Below are positions 38,910 through 48,531 of a stretch of 64,000 nucleotides of DNA, in pieces. Within the stretch, counting starts at the first letter, position 1. Each line of letters opens with the position of its first letter. Under the pieces are notes generated by a model. That model was not told the DNA's origin and did not search any database. It saw only the letters and a list, made by a program, of their open reading frames with translations. The stretch comes from Candidatus Thorarchaeota archaeon (lineage in GTDB: Archaea; Asgardarchaeota; Thorarchaeia; Thorarchaeales; Thorarchaeaceae), in the NCBI GenBank assembly GCA_019894665.1, contig JAGXOC010000004.1, forward strand, positions 5,261 through 69,260. Reading direction: 5' to 3'. The position numbers and the translations under genes were made by a program.

Positions 38910-39107
38910 CGTGTAGCCTCCAAATATAATGACTCCCCGCGTGAGGTGCTTTTTACGCTTTTGGTGATTCCACAAGTGTTGGTTTTTCAAGTAATCCTCA
39001 GGATTTTCTTACGAATGTACGATTGTCCGGATAGACTTCTTGACGGAATCTGAAATATAGTGAAGTGATTCATACCCGTAATTCTCAACCTTTATTACTA
39101 ATACTGG

Positions 39108-41711
39108 ATGAAGCTGTTAAATTGCGTTCTGCAGAGCGAGGACAGGCAGATGACCACAAGAGACCCAAAAGATAGTAGTTCAGAATCAACAAAAGTGGAA
39201 GTTGTATCAACGGCTCCTGAACTGCGAATCGGTGTATTCCCTTGTAAGTGTGGTAAGAATATCGGTGCAGTTGTGGACATTGATTCATTGGCTGAGTATG
39301 CAAAAACACTACCAGGGGTTGTCTTTGTTCAAGTGAATCGATACACATGTGCAGACCCCGGACAGAGAGAGATTGAAGACGCCATAAAGGAGCATAGACT
39401 CAATCGTGTCATTGTTGCATCATGCAGCCCTACTATGCATGAGGACACATTCAGAAAGGCTGTGAAAGCCGCAGGTCTCAACCCCTATCTTTGTATCATG
39501 GCCAACATTCGTGAGCACGTTTCATGGGTTCACCGCGATGATCCTGATGCTGCTACCGACAAGGCAAAAAACCTAGTCGCTATGGCTGTCGCAAGAGCTG
39601 CAACTCTCGAGGCTCAGAAAGAGCAAGATGTCCCAGTGACTCAAGCAGCTCTGGTCGTCGGAGCTGGTGTGGCGGGCATGCAGGCCGCCCTTGATCTTGC
39701 TGATGCCGGATTTAAAGTCTATCTAGTAGAAAGAGAAGCAACTATAGGTGGCATTATGGCCCTCTTAGACAAAGTTTTCCCACAGAACGATTGTTCAATT
39801 TGTATATTGGGACCAAAGATGGTTGATGTTGCAAAGCATCCTAACATCAATCTCATTACGATGGCTGAGGTTGAAACAATCGCGGGTTACGTCGGCAACT
39901 TTGACGTTCGTGTCAAACAACGAGCACGATATGTAGATTTTGAAAAATGCACTTCATGCGGAGACTGTGTAGAAGTATGCCCAGTGGATGTTCCAAGCAG
40001 AACAGATCAGAGCCTAACATGGCAGAAGGCAATACAGATTCCATTCCCACAAGCAGTCCCGTCATCTTACTTCATTGACCCTAAGTCATGTCTTGGAATG
40101 GATTTGATCCGGTGCGGAAAGTGCATTGACCGATGTGAACAGGAAGCTATTGTATCATCTGACACAGACCATTATATCGACTTCGAGGTGGGAGTCATCA
40201 TCCTAGCAACTGGTTTCAAACCTGCAAGTCCAGAAAAGATTCCACGCCTTGGATGGGGAAGATATCCCAATGTGATTACTTCACTTGAGTTTGAGCGGCT
40301 GATCAATGCTGCTGGACCTACTGAGGGCAATCTTGTGAGACCCTCGGATCTGACCAAACCCACATCAGTGGCAATTGCACAATGTGTAGGGTCTCGCAAT
40401 ATTGACACGCGATCAGGCTGTTCGAATTTCTGTTGCGCTGAGTCGGTTAAGTGTGCCCTTCTTATCAAAGAACATTATCCTGATACTGAGGTGACAATCT
40501 ATTACCAAGACCTCAGAATGCATGGAAAATACTTTGAAGACCAATATCTGAAGGCAAGAGAAGAAGGTGTCAAATTTATCCGGGGACGGGTTGGTGAGAT
40601 CCAGCAGTATCCTAAGACAAAGAATCTGCGCGTAAGTGTTGAAGACACGACACACAACAAATTACAGCTTCTTGAATATGACATGGTCATTCTGTCAATG
40701 GGGGCAGAGGGTCAATCCGGTAACTTCCCATTACCGATTTCCTGCACAGCGGACTCATTCTATATCGAGTCACATCCGAAATTAAGACCAGTAGATACAA
40801 GCTCAGCAGGAGTATTCATCTGCGGTGGGGCAGAGAGTCCCAAGGATATTCGAGACTCTGTTATCCAAGCCAGTGCTGCAGCTGGTCGTGCTTCAATAAT
40901 CCTTCAGAAAGGTCGATATCCAATAGAAGCTCTAAGCGCACGAATCATGCAAGACAAGTGTAATAGATGTGGCACTTGTGTGAAACGATGTCCCTATGGA
41001 GCAATCTCAGAAGATGGCACTGGAAAATTCACGGTGATGGGAGCTCTGTGTCAAGCATGTGGCACTTGTGCCGGTGATTGTCCCCCAGATGCCATTTACA
41101 TGCCCAACTTCACAAGCGAACAAATAGAGGCTCAGATAGAGATTGCTCTGGCTGAGAGACCAGAGGAAAAGATTGTTGCCTTTGCATGTGCATTCTGTTC
41201 TTATCGAGGCTCAGACTTAGCAGGTATTTCACGGATGCAGTATCCAGCAAACGCGAGAGTCGTTCGATCCATGTGCTCAGGACGCTACTCCACAAAATTT
41301 GCCCAAAAGGCGTTTGAACTTGGTGCGGGAGCTGTGCTCTATTCAGGATGCCATCTTCAAACCGATTGTCACTTCCAGACAGGCAACCATTGGATGGTAA
41401 AACGAGAGCCGAGAATTAGAAGTTGGATGAAGAGGAACAACATCGATGATGAGCGGTTTCGGGTGGAATGGGTCTCGGCTGGAGAGGGCAAGAAATGGCA
41501 GACTATTATGAGTGAGATGTCTGAAGTCACAGAGAGACACAAGAAGAGCCAACCCAAACTTAAGAAACCGATAGCTAAACCCAAAGTGAAATCGAAGCCA
41601 AAGGCAAAACCAAAATCAAAGACAGCGACTAAGCTAAAGAAGACTAAATCAAAGAGTAATAGCACAAAGAAGAATGCTACTACAAAGAAGAAGACAACAG
41701 GGAGGAAGTGA
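39108..41711 (+). CDS. hdrA: HdrA-like flavoprotein fused to a C-terminal MvhD-like domain, with a Lys-rich disordered tail
   Basis: N-domain GVFPCKCGKNIGAVVD; FAD motif GAGVAGMQAA; several CxxCxxCxxxCP ferredoxin motifs. MvhD-like IVAFACAFCSYRGSD...CSGR...GCHLQTDCHFQTGN. Ends in about 55 aa of K/P/A/T-rich tail. Confidence 0.85.
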   Translation: MKLLNCVLQSEDRQMTTRDPKDSSSESTKVEVVSTAPELRIGVFPCKCGKNIGAVVDIDSLAEYAKTLPGVVFVQVNRYTCADPGQREIEDAIKEHRLNRVIVASCSPTMHEDTFRKAVKAAGLNPYLCIMANIREHVSWVHRDDPDAATDKAKNLVAMAVARAATLEAQKEQDVPVTQAALVVGAGVAGMQAALDLADAGFKVYLVEREATIGGIMALLDKVFPQNDCSICILGPKMVDVAKHPNINLITMAEVETIAGYVGNFDVRVKQRARYVDFEKCTSCGDCVEVCPVDVPSRTDQSLTWQKAIQIPFPQAVPSSYFIDPKSCLGMDLIRCGKCIDRCEQEAIVSSDTDHYIDFEVGVIILATGFKPASPEKIPRLGWGRYPNVITSLEFERLINAAGPTEGNLVRPSDLTKPTSVAIAQCVGSRNIDTRSGCSNFCCAESVKCALLIKEHYPDTEVTIYYQDLRMHGKYFEDQYLKAREEGVKFIRGRVGEIQQYPKTKNLRVSVEDTTHNKLQLLEYDMVILSMGAEGQSGNFPLPISCTADSFYIESHPKLRPVDTSSAGVFICGGAESPKDIRDSVIQASAAAGRASIILQKGRYPIEALSARIMQDKCNRCGTCVKRCPYGAISEDGTGKFTVMGALCQACGTCAGDCPPDAIYMPNFTSEQIEAQIEIALAERPEEKIVAFACAFCSYRGSDLAGISRMQYPANARVVRSMCSGRYSTKFAQKAFELGAGAVLYSGCHLQTDCHFQTGNHWMVKREPRIRSWMKRNNIDDERFRVEWVSAGEGKKWQTIMSEMSEVTERHKKSQPKLKKPIAKPKVKSKPKAKPKSKTATKLKKTKSKSNSTKKNATTKKKTTGRK

Positions 41712-41716
41712 GTAGA

Positions 41717-42214
41717 ATGGTAGATAATAGTCACAACCAGGAACTCGAAGACCTCCGAGAAGCTGCTCGACCTTGTTTTCAATGTGGTATATGCGCTTCT
41801 TCATGTCCAGTTTTCAGAGTGGCACCAGAAATGAACCCGCGGATGTCAGTGGACTCTATCATCACTGATGGACAGGTTCCTGCTGAAGGAAACGAGTGGC
41901 TGTGTGCATACTGTTTGATGTGTGAAGAACGATGCCCAATGGGGGTCTCGCTTACAGAGATTCTAATGGGAATTAGGAACATCTCTTCAAAAGAAGGTAA
42001 GGCACCACCAGATTTTGTCGAGTCTGCAGAAGCACTTCTCGCAAGGGGATGCCTATCACCAACGTCGAATAGATCAGTCAAAAAACGTGTTGACCTAGGT
42101 CTTCCAGATTTGCCCCAGCCGGACCCAGAGCACGTCAAATTGATTTTCGAGGTTACAGGCGCGTATGAGGTCCTTGAAGCTAATAGAGTAGCTGTGAAGG
42201 AGGAAGCTGAATGA
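41717..42214 (+). CDS. hdrC: Heterodisulfide reductase subunit C-like (2x[4Fe-4S])
   Basis: CFQCGICASSCPV and CAYCLMCEERCPMGV. GGAGG lies 13 nt upstream of the ATG; an alternative GTG lies at 41708. Confidence 0.8.
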   Translation: MVDNSHNQELEDLREAARPCFQCGICASSCPVFRVAPEMNPRMSVDSIITDGQVPAEGNEWLCAYCLMCEERCPMGVSLTEILMGIRNISSKEGKAPPDFVESAEALLARGCLSPTSNRSVKKRVDLGLPDLPQPDPEHVKLIFEVTGAYEVLEANRVAVKEEAE

Positions 42215-43110
42215 AGTACGCTTTCTTCCCCGGATGTACCATGGCGAACCGCTTACAATTTGCTGAGAAATCGGTCCGTATGATAGTTCCCGAATTCGGG
42301 GTTGAATTAGTCGATCTTGCGTTTACATGTTGTCCTGAACCAAATGCAGTTAGATCACTATCTGAAGATACATGGGTAACATTTGCAGCCAGGAACATTG
42401 CTCTTGCAGAAGCTGAGAATCTAGATATCTTGACTGCATGTGCTGGTTGTCACGAATCGCTCACCCTCGCGAAACACGAGCTTGATACAAAACCAGAACG
42501 TAAGGAGAAAGCAAACGAAATCCTGAAAGGAATGGGGCTTGAATACAAGGGCACATCATCAATTATCCATGTCCACCAACTACTCTTTGACGAAATTGGA
42601 GTGGAAACGATTTCAGCCAAAGTAGTCAGACCACTTCCTATCAAAGTCGTCACACACTCAGGGTGTCACCTCCTAAGACCTCAGAAGATTTTGCAGGTCG
42701 ATGATGCGGAGGTGCCAGTCAAGCTAGATATGTTATGTGAAGCACTGGGAATGGACCCATTGGAGTACATGGACAAAGTCATGTGCTGTGGTGCAGGTGT
42801 TAGGAAAACTGATTCTGACACATCTTACGCGGTTCTGAAAGAAAAGATGACGAGTATGGTTATGGTGGAACCAGATGCAATAGTTGTATTCTGTCCAACT
42901 TGTTTTATCACGTTTGAATCTGGCCAGAGAATTACGAACAGACTCTTCAAAACCGAATTCAAGTTACCAGTCTTTTACTATACTGAGCTTCTAGCTATTG
43001 CAATGGGGCTACCTGACACAGACGCCTTACTTGCCGATCACAGAGTGAAGATAGAGTTACCCGAGTTCAGTGATACCAAAAAAGAAGACAGTGAATCTAT
43101 ACCGACATGA
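42211..43110 (+). CDS. hdrB: Heterodisulfide reductase subunit B-like (two CCG domains)
   Basis: Cys-rich CCG motifs FTCCPEP...CAGCHESL and VMCCGAG...CPTCF. Translationally coupled to hdrC (ATGA overlap). Confidence 0.85.
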   Translation: MKYAFFPGCTMANRLQFAEKSVRMIVPEFGVELVDLAFTCCPEPNAVRSLSEDTWVTFAARNIALAEAENLDILTACAGCHESLTLAKHELDTKPERKEKANEILKGMGLEYKGTSSIIHVHQLLFDEIGVETISAKVVRPLPIKVVTHSGCHLLRPQKILQVDDAEVPVKLDMLCEALGMDPLEYMDKVMCCGAGVRKTDSDTSYAVLKEKMTSMVMVEPDAIVVFCPTCFITFESGQRITNRLFKTEFKLPVFYYTELLAIAMGLPDTDALLADHRVKIELPEFSDTKKEDSESIPT

Positions 43111-43323
43111 ACACTCCAAAACACTTTATTACGGCCAATTGTCCGCGCGACTTGTACGGTGAATGCTTCAAGCATAACTGACGCGAGTTCCAAGCATTGC
43201 CTGAATGAAAATTCGGTGTTTTTCTCTGCGATTGTGGAACCAATATTGCTGGCTTTGTAAGCATGGACCAGCTCCAAAAGGCGGTCCAAGAGTTCCTCTC
43301 TGTACGTGAAGAGACTCAGTAGT
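43107..43323 (+). pseudogene. HdrA N-terminal-domain-like mini-ORF with two in-frame TGA codons (remnant, or a Sec-recoded small protein)
   Basis: The ATG overlaps the hdrB stop (ATGA). Translation is MNTPKHFITANCPRDLYGECFKHN-TGA-REFQALPE-TGA-KFGVFLCDCGTNIAGFVSMDQLQKAVQEFLSVREETQ-stop. The last 37 aa parallel the HdrA N-terminus (RIGVFPCKCGKNIGAVVDIDSLAEY). Confidence 0.4.
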
Positions 43324-43360
43324 AGGTCTCATTAGAGTATCAAGAGACCATAAAGAAAGG

Positions 43361-44002
43361 ATGAGGTCAATCATGGAAAAAGTAACCGTCGCGATTCTGG
43401 CAGGGGGAACGTCCAAGAGATTTGGCTCTGAAAAAGCACTTGCTGATTTTCAGGGCAAACCCCTCATCACACACATGGTCGATATTGCAAAGAAACTTTC
43501 ATCCGAAATTATCATCGTTGTATCTGACGAGGTTCAAGAGGCTAAACTACGCGCAGTTGTTCAAGGAGTTAAAGTTGTCGTGGACCCACCAGGTGGTGTC
43601 AAGTGTGCACTTGCTGGCGCACTAACAGCTTTCGAGTACACCCTCACACCACATACCTTGCTCCTGCCTGTCGATACACCTCTCGCCAGTATTGAGCTTT
43701 TACGGATGATAATTCGAATGAGTTCAGGACATGGGGCTGTTGTCCCCTCATGGCCATCGGGATATATTGAACCGCTTCATTCCGTTTACCTAGCAGAACA
43801 TGCGTATTATCATGGACTGAAGGTCATGGAGAAAGGAAGCCACAAGATGAGCGATATGCTTGATGTAATTCAAAATGTACTCTTTGTATCAACCGAGACT
43901 CTAAAACAGTTTGACCCAAACTTGGATACTTTTGTGAACTTCAACACACTCAAAGATCTCAAGACAGCTGAGAGAAAGGACTCCAAGAAACGTGGTCGTT
44001 AA
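43361..44002 (+). CDS. mobA: Molybdenum cofactor guanylyltransferase (MobA-like)
   Basis: N-terminal AILAGGTSKRFGSEKAL nucleotidyltransferase motif; 213 aa. Confidence 0.75.
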   Translation: MRSIMEKVTVAILAGGTSKRFGSEKALADFQGKPLITHMVDIAKKLSSEIIIVVSDEVQEAKLRAVVQGVKVVVDPPGGVKCALAGALTAFEYTLTPHTLLLPVDTPLASIELLRMIIRMSSGHGAVVPSWPSGYIEPLHSVYLAEHAYYHGLKVMEKGSHKMSDMLDVIQNVLFVSTETLKQFDPNLDTFVNFNTLKDLKTAERKDSKKRGR

Positions 44003-45078
44003 TCCAGTGAATATTCATGTCTGATTCTACATGTTCCTTCATGTCCGACCATACAGGGACCATACGGATTCTCAGGAGTGCAGCGTTTTCCGAAGAGGGA
44101 ACAATCCTCAGGGTCAATCATACCAAGAATCACTTCATGGCATCTGCAACCAGGAAGTATATCCACTGATTCAATCTCAGGAAATTCAAAACGGCGCCGA
44201 GCATCACACTCAGAATATTCCTCACTAATGTAATAGCCAGACTTCCTTATGATTCCGAGCCCTCTCCAAGGTGCATCGTCTAATCGGAAGGCTTGAGCCA
44301 GTACTTTTTGAGCAGCAGGATTACCCTCTGGTTTGACGACCCGAGTATATTCATTTTCAGAGTCAGCTCGATCCTCTTGAATCTGCTTCAGGATCATACG
44401 TATTGATTCCAAAACGTCTAGGGGTTCGAAACCAGCTGCAACACATGGGATTCCAGTCTTCTCTGCAAATGGTTGAAAGGCGTTTGAGCCAACTATCGCA
44501 GCCACATGTCCAGGAGTTATGAACCCGTCCACTCCAAACCCTTCAATATTCACAAGAATATCCATTGCAGGAGGAATCACCTTGAGAGATGTCAATATAG
44601 AGAAATTCGTAGGGGGGTTTCCTATTAATTCAAGAGCGATAGTTGGAGCAGTGGTTTCAAAGCCAACACCTACGAAGACAACTTCCTTGTCAGGATTATC
44701 ACGGGCGATAGAAACAGCCTCACCAGCACCATATACTATTCGGACATCTGATCCAGCCGTGCGTTCTTTTGCCAACGAGGAATCCGTCGATGGAACACGA
44801 ATCATGTCTCCAAAGGTTGTGATGATGTGCCCCTGTCGAGCAAGTTCAATAGCCATGTCAACATCTTCTGCAGCACTGACACAGACTGGACAACCCGGTC
44901 CTGCCACTAGCTTGAGGGAGGGGGGTAGTAGGAATCGAACACCATGTTGACTTATTGTGTCCTCGTGTGTTCCACAGACATGAACAATCCTAATCGCACG
45001 TCCCATGTTTAGAGTTTCGATCTCTTTTGTGACAGCTTGGGCATATCGGGCATCGCGGAATCCTGTGCTCTCACTCAT
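43999..45078 (-). CDS. hypD: [NiFe]-hydrogenase maturation factor HypD
   Basis: Motifs GPGCPVC and CHEVILG with a C-terminal Cys cluster; 359 aa. Confidence 0.8.
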   Translation of the reverse strand: MSESTGFRDARYAQAVTKEIETLNMGRAIRIVHVCGTHEDTISQHGVRFLLPPSLKLVAGPGCPVCVSAAEDVDMAIELARQGHIITTFGDMIRVPSTDSSLAKERTAGSDVRIVYGAGEAVSIARDNPDKEVVFVGVGFETTAPTIALELIGNPPTNFSILTSLKVIPPAMDILVNIEGFGVDGFITPGHVAAIVGSNAFQPFAEKTGIPCVAAGFEPLDVLESIRMILKQIQEDRADSENEYTRVVKPEGNPAAQKVLAQAFRLDDAPWRGLGIIRKSGYYISEEYSECDARRRFEFPEIESVDILPGCRCHEVILGMIDPEDCSLFGKRCTPENPYGPCMVGHEGTCRIRHEYSLD

Positions 45079-45146
45079 TGGATTTCAATCCAACCTGACT
45101 CGACCTAGTTTTGCATAAAAGTACAGATGTGTGTACGCCAAAGGGT

Positions 45147-45464
45147 TTACACTGCTTCACGGCCATCCAGAATAGCTAGTGCTTCACCCACGGTGATAGA
45201 TAGCTTGCTTGCTAATTCTTTAGCAGTTATCTTTGGATTCTTTGGCAAAATGTAGTTCTGGGCATATCCTGCATTCCCTGCAAAGAGTGGATTGCTCTTA
45301 GCAGTCTCGATGAGGAGTGAATACAGTGGATGACCTTTGAAATCTGCTACATTGATATCGATGATGCGACCTGATTCCTTTTCGTTAGTCTTGGATTTCG
45401 TAGATTTTTTCTTGGAATCAGATGGATTATCCTTGTTGTGCATTGTCAGTCTCTCTTGCTTCAA
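45147..45464 (-). CDS. Small basic protein with C-terminal HTH-like segment
   Basis: K/S-rich N-terminus followed by ITAKELASKLSITVGEALAIL. Confidence 0.35.
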   Translation of the reverse strand: MKQERLTMHNKDNPSDSKKKSTKSKTNEKESGRIIDINVADFKGHPLYSLLIETAKSNPLFAGNAGYAQNYILPKNPKITAKELASKLSITVGEALAILDGREAV

Positions 45465-45714
45465 GGCGGCGTCCCAACCTTAGTTTCCCGGCGATCCTAC
45501 AAAATAGTAGGCTCTTTGAAAGAAAACTCGTAGAGGTGATATAAGCCTTGGGGAGCTGATACAAGAATTCGTCGTCATTGCAGCTGCCAAATGGAAAATG
45601 GAGACTTTTCTTATTGCGGATGGCGCGCTTCCTTCGTCGCAAGGTTTAACAAGGCTTGCCTAAAAGCCTCACATGATGAACACGACCTTCGGGTCATGAA
45701 CGGGGAATGATTTA

Positions 45715-46011
45715 TTGCCTCATGGCATTCGGCGAATAGTTCTTGATGTGCTAAAACCTCACAGCCCGCGTCTAACTGACCTTGCTTTGATGCTCTCGCG
45801 TGACGAGTGTGTCATTGGGGTGAACATCTCATTGAAAGAGGTAGACCAGAGTACTGAGAGTATTACTATAACAATTGAGGGTGACGACCTCAGCTATGAC
45901 TCTATCAAAGAGATCCTTGAGCAAGCCGGGGCTGTGATTCACTCAATTGACCAAGTTGTTGCAGGAAGAAGGTTTGTTGAAGAAGTAACTCTGCAACCTG
46001 AGAATTCCTAA
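45715..46011 (+). CDS. DUF211/COG1888-like archaeal protein
   Basis: N-terminal GIRRIVLDVLKPH motif characteristic of the family; 98 aa. Confidence 0.45.
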   Translation: MPHGIRRIVLDVLKPHSPRLTDLALMLSRDECVIGVNISLKEVDQSTESITITIEGDDLSYDSIKEILEQAGAVIHSIDQVVAGRRFVEEVTLQPENS

Positions 46012-46019
46012 GCAACCTA

Positions 46020-46634
46020 CTACCGACTCAAGAGCTGATCACTCAGTCTCTTACTCTCATCCTCAATCTTACGACGTACGAGATTGTGAATTTCTTGCTC
46101 GAAAACACTCGGCACTATCTTTACTACATTACATAGTCTATCAACTATACCATCAGCAAGTTTTGAGTATGAGGGAGGACTACCAGTGACGATACCACGG
46201 ATAACGACTTCCCCAACACTAGCACTGACGACAGAATCGACAACACTTGCGATGATTCCTTGAGAGTCCATGAAGAAAGGCAGATGAGCTTTGTCATGTA
46301 AAACTGCGAAACCTAATTTTTCAGTGATTCTATCGGTGTACCACTCAAGACTAGATTCCTTCATCCGGAGTTTGCTAGCGAACTCTGTTTTTGTGAGCGG
46401 GTTCGGATGACTCCATGGATGGCGTGTTACCATATACAGGGCAGCTCCAAAGAAGGGGTCAGCCTCTCGAGGGACGCCGTCCTTCGAAACATACCTACGC
46501 AAAAGATCTAAGGCCATGTTCTCGTAACGCTCATCAATTTTGTTTTCTTTGAAAAATTCGTGGGCGTCTCGTACGACCTTGACGATTATTTGAGGGCTCA
46601 CAGCCAAGTGCTCATCGTCAAAGTGTGTAACCAT
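46020..46634 (-). CDS. Hypothetical protein (possibly cyclin-box-like)
   Basis: 204-aa ORF. A segment GAALYMVTR...LTKTEFASKL faintly resembles the TFB cyclin-repeat motif. Confidence 0.35.
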   Translation of the reverse strand: MVTHFDDEHLAVSPQIIVKVVRDAHEFFKENKIDERYENMALDLLRRYVSKDGVPREADPFFGAALYMVTRHPWSHPNPLTKTEFASKLRMKESSLEWYTDRITEKLGFAVLHDKAHLPFFMDSQGIIASVVDSVVSASVGEVVIRGIVTGSPPSYSKLADGIVDRLCNVVKIVPSVFEQEIHNLVRRKIEDESKRLSDQLLSR

Positions 46635-46757
46635 TGCCTCCGCTCCAAAATCTATCGGTGAACAAAGAGTTGCTTAAAGTTCAGAACTTGGTACGGAGTA
46701 TATGACTCTTTTGCAATAGAAGATGAGGTGAGTTCTGTTCGCGCCAATTTCAGAGGT

Positions 46758-47372
46758 TTATCTTGCGCGGTAGATCTTTTCCAATGTCCATCGAAGAGTT
46801 CGTTGAATCTCCTCCACTCTGGATTCATCACCAAAGTTTTTGACAATGACCTCATCGAGAATCTTGTCATCCGATTTGACTTCGAAATCAAAGGCATCAT
46901 CCCATTCAATCTCACCATTCTCAACACGATGGCGGTCTTCTTGTTGGAACTTACCCAGAATATCCTGAACAAAGAATCTAGCAAATGCTCCACGTGTGAT
47001 GTTGTATACTGCATGGTCCGCAGGAATGACTCTCAGATTCTGTTCGATGACCTCAATGGTTGCTAGTTCCAAATCACCAGGCTTGTTCATCACTGCAATG
47101 TTACGGGGTTCATCTGATGCAGCTATTGTCTCAGAAGGGGTTATGACTGGAGCTTGTTTAGCGGTTTCCAATGCTACATCAGCTGTTGTGAAGCTTCCTT
47201 GACCAATTTTGGAATCCAGGGCTTGGATGAATTCCTCTAATTGTCCTATCCTTTCTCTCAGTCGATCGAGTTCTTCACTAAGCTGAGTTCGTAATTCTAG
47301 CAGCACACGAATTTCGGGGCTTGACACTGCATACACCAACATATCACGCGGACACTCTGAAGAAGAGTCCAA
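46758..47372 (-). CDS. Hypothetical coiled-coil protein
   Basis: 204-aa ORF with an N-terminal coiled-coil (LSEELDRLRERIGQLEEFIQALD). Confidence 0.35.
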   Translation of the reverse strand: MDSSSECPRDMLVYAVSSPEIRVLLELRTQLSEELDRLRERIGQLEEFIQALDSKIGQGSFTTADVALETAKQAPVITPSETIAASDEPRNIAVMNKPGDLELATIEVIEQNLRVIPADHAVYNITRGAFARFFVQDILGKFQQEDRHRVENGEIEWDDAFDFEVKSDDKILDEVIVKNFGDESRVEEIQRTLRWTLEKIYRAR

Positions 47373-47461
47373 TACTATATGTTTGATTGTATTATTAGAA
47401 CTCGTAGAAGATTGATTCTCTCGGTTAAAATGAGTGATTAGACTGATTTGACAATGAGAAC

Positions 47462-47713
47462 TTACTCATCAATTGCCGCAACAGAGATGGCGAAGTCGGG
47501 ACATTCCATCTCGCACAATTTACAGACTTTGCATTCGTCTAAATCAACGACCCTTGGAAGAAAGAACCCACGATTGTCTACGACTTCAGATTTTTTCAAA
47601 ACACCATGTGGACAGACGGAGATACATATGTGGCAACCCTTGCACAGCTTCGGGTCAACAACGATTGCTTTCGCCTTCTTCGCCATCGCTTGATTCTCCG
47701 AATCCACCCGCAA
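47462..47713 (-). CDS. 2x[4Fe-4S] ferredoxin
   Basis: CKGCHICISVCP and CKVCKLCEMECP. Confidence 0.8.
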   Translation of the reverse strand: MRVDSENQAMAKKAKAIVVDPKLCKGCHICISVCPHGVLKKSEVVDNRGFFLPRVVDLDECKVCKLCEMECPDFAISVAAIDE

Positions 47714-47804
47714 GCTAATAGCGATATAACCATTCTCATCTGAACCATGAGAGTGACCATTAAATACTGTCCAACATGACTGTATTGTAGTAGGTGTTCA
47801 ATCA

Positions 47805-48518
47805 TTGAAGCCATTCTTAGTGTTCATGTGCTCAAAGTGTCGTAACTTCACCAATGCGCCCGTTGGTCAAAAACGGAGAAGATGCAGTTACTGTGGCAGT
47901 ATCATTGATATCTCAAAAGCCGCTTCAGCTCTTTTTGACAAACCCGAAATGGCGTCTACTGCAGTGAAGGAATTTAATGCCTCAAGAGGTGGAGATGAGT
48001 TTGATAAGGCAGTTGAGAAATCTAGAGAACGAGTATTGGCCTTCCTTCCTAAGGAACACGTGAGTGTGGAAGATATCTCTAATAAGGAGGGAGAATCTAG
48101 ACCACCTGGTAAGAGAACGCGATTGATGGAACTCCTTCACAAAGAAGCGAAAAAGACACCATGCTCTCTGGATCGAATAGAGGAATTATGTCCAGAGTAT
48201 GAGCTAGAATGGAAATGGGTTGAGGGTCAATTGGAGAGTCTTTCAAATGATGGGACGTTGATTTTCCCAAGACCTTGGTTAGTACAGCTTGTTGTATCTG
48301 ATGATTTGAGTAAGTCGAAAGAAACTACGAGTAAGGATGTTACGGTTGAGATTCTTGCTCTTCTCCAGGGTCCTGAGAATACATTGAAAGTCACTGATCT
48401 CATCAAGAGGTTTGGTGAGCAGGGAATCTCTGAGCAATCTGTGGAAAATTCTCTCGAAAAACTCATGCAAAAAGGAGAGATCTTTGAACCAAAGAGTGGG
48501 TATGTCAGCCAAGCGTGA
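47805..48518 (+). CDS. Zinc-ribbon (DUF1922-like) + winged-helix protein
   Basis: N-terminal CSKCRNF...CSYCGS and a C-terminal wH-like segment. Confidence 0.4.
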   Translation: MKPFLVFMCSKCRNFTNAPVGQKRRRCSYCGSIIDISKAASALFDKPEMASTAVKEFNASRGGDEFDKAVEKSRERVLAFLPKEHVSVEDISNKEGESRPPGKRTRLMELLHKEAKKTPCSLDRIEELCPEYELEWKWVEGQLESLSNDGTLIFPRPWLVQLVVSDDLSKSKETTSKDVTVEILALLQGPENTLKVTDLIKRFGEQGISEQSVENSLEKLMQKGEIFEPKSGYVSQA

Positions 48519-48531
48519 TGGTTTCGATTAG

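Noticed and set aside
41369-41782. 137-aa minus-strand Phe-rich ORF
   Set aside because: It is antisense to the Lys-rich tail of HdrA and is a reverse-complement artefact of AAG/AAA codons.
43204-43308. Alternative frame at the hdrB 3' end, MKIRCFSLRLWNQYCWLCKHGPAPKGGPRVPLCT
   Set aside because: It shows no family similarity, whereas the overlapping frame reproduces the HdrA N-terminal motif.
46652-47066. Overlapping 120-aa (minus) and 112-aa (plus) ORFs
   Set aside because: They overlap the better-supported 204-aa minus-strand ORF 46758..47372 in other frames and show no motif support.
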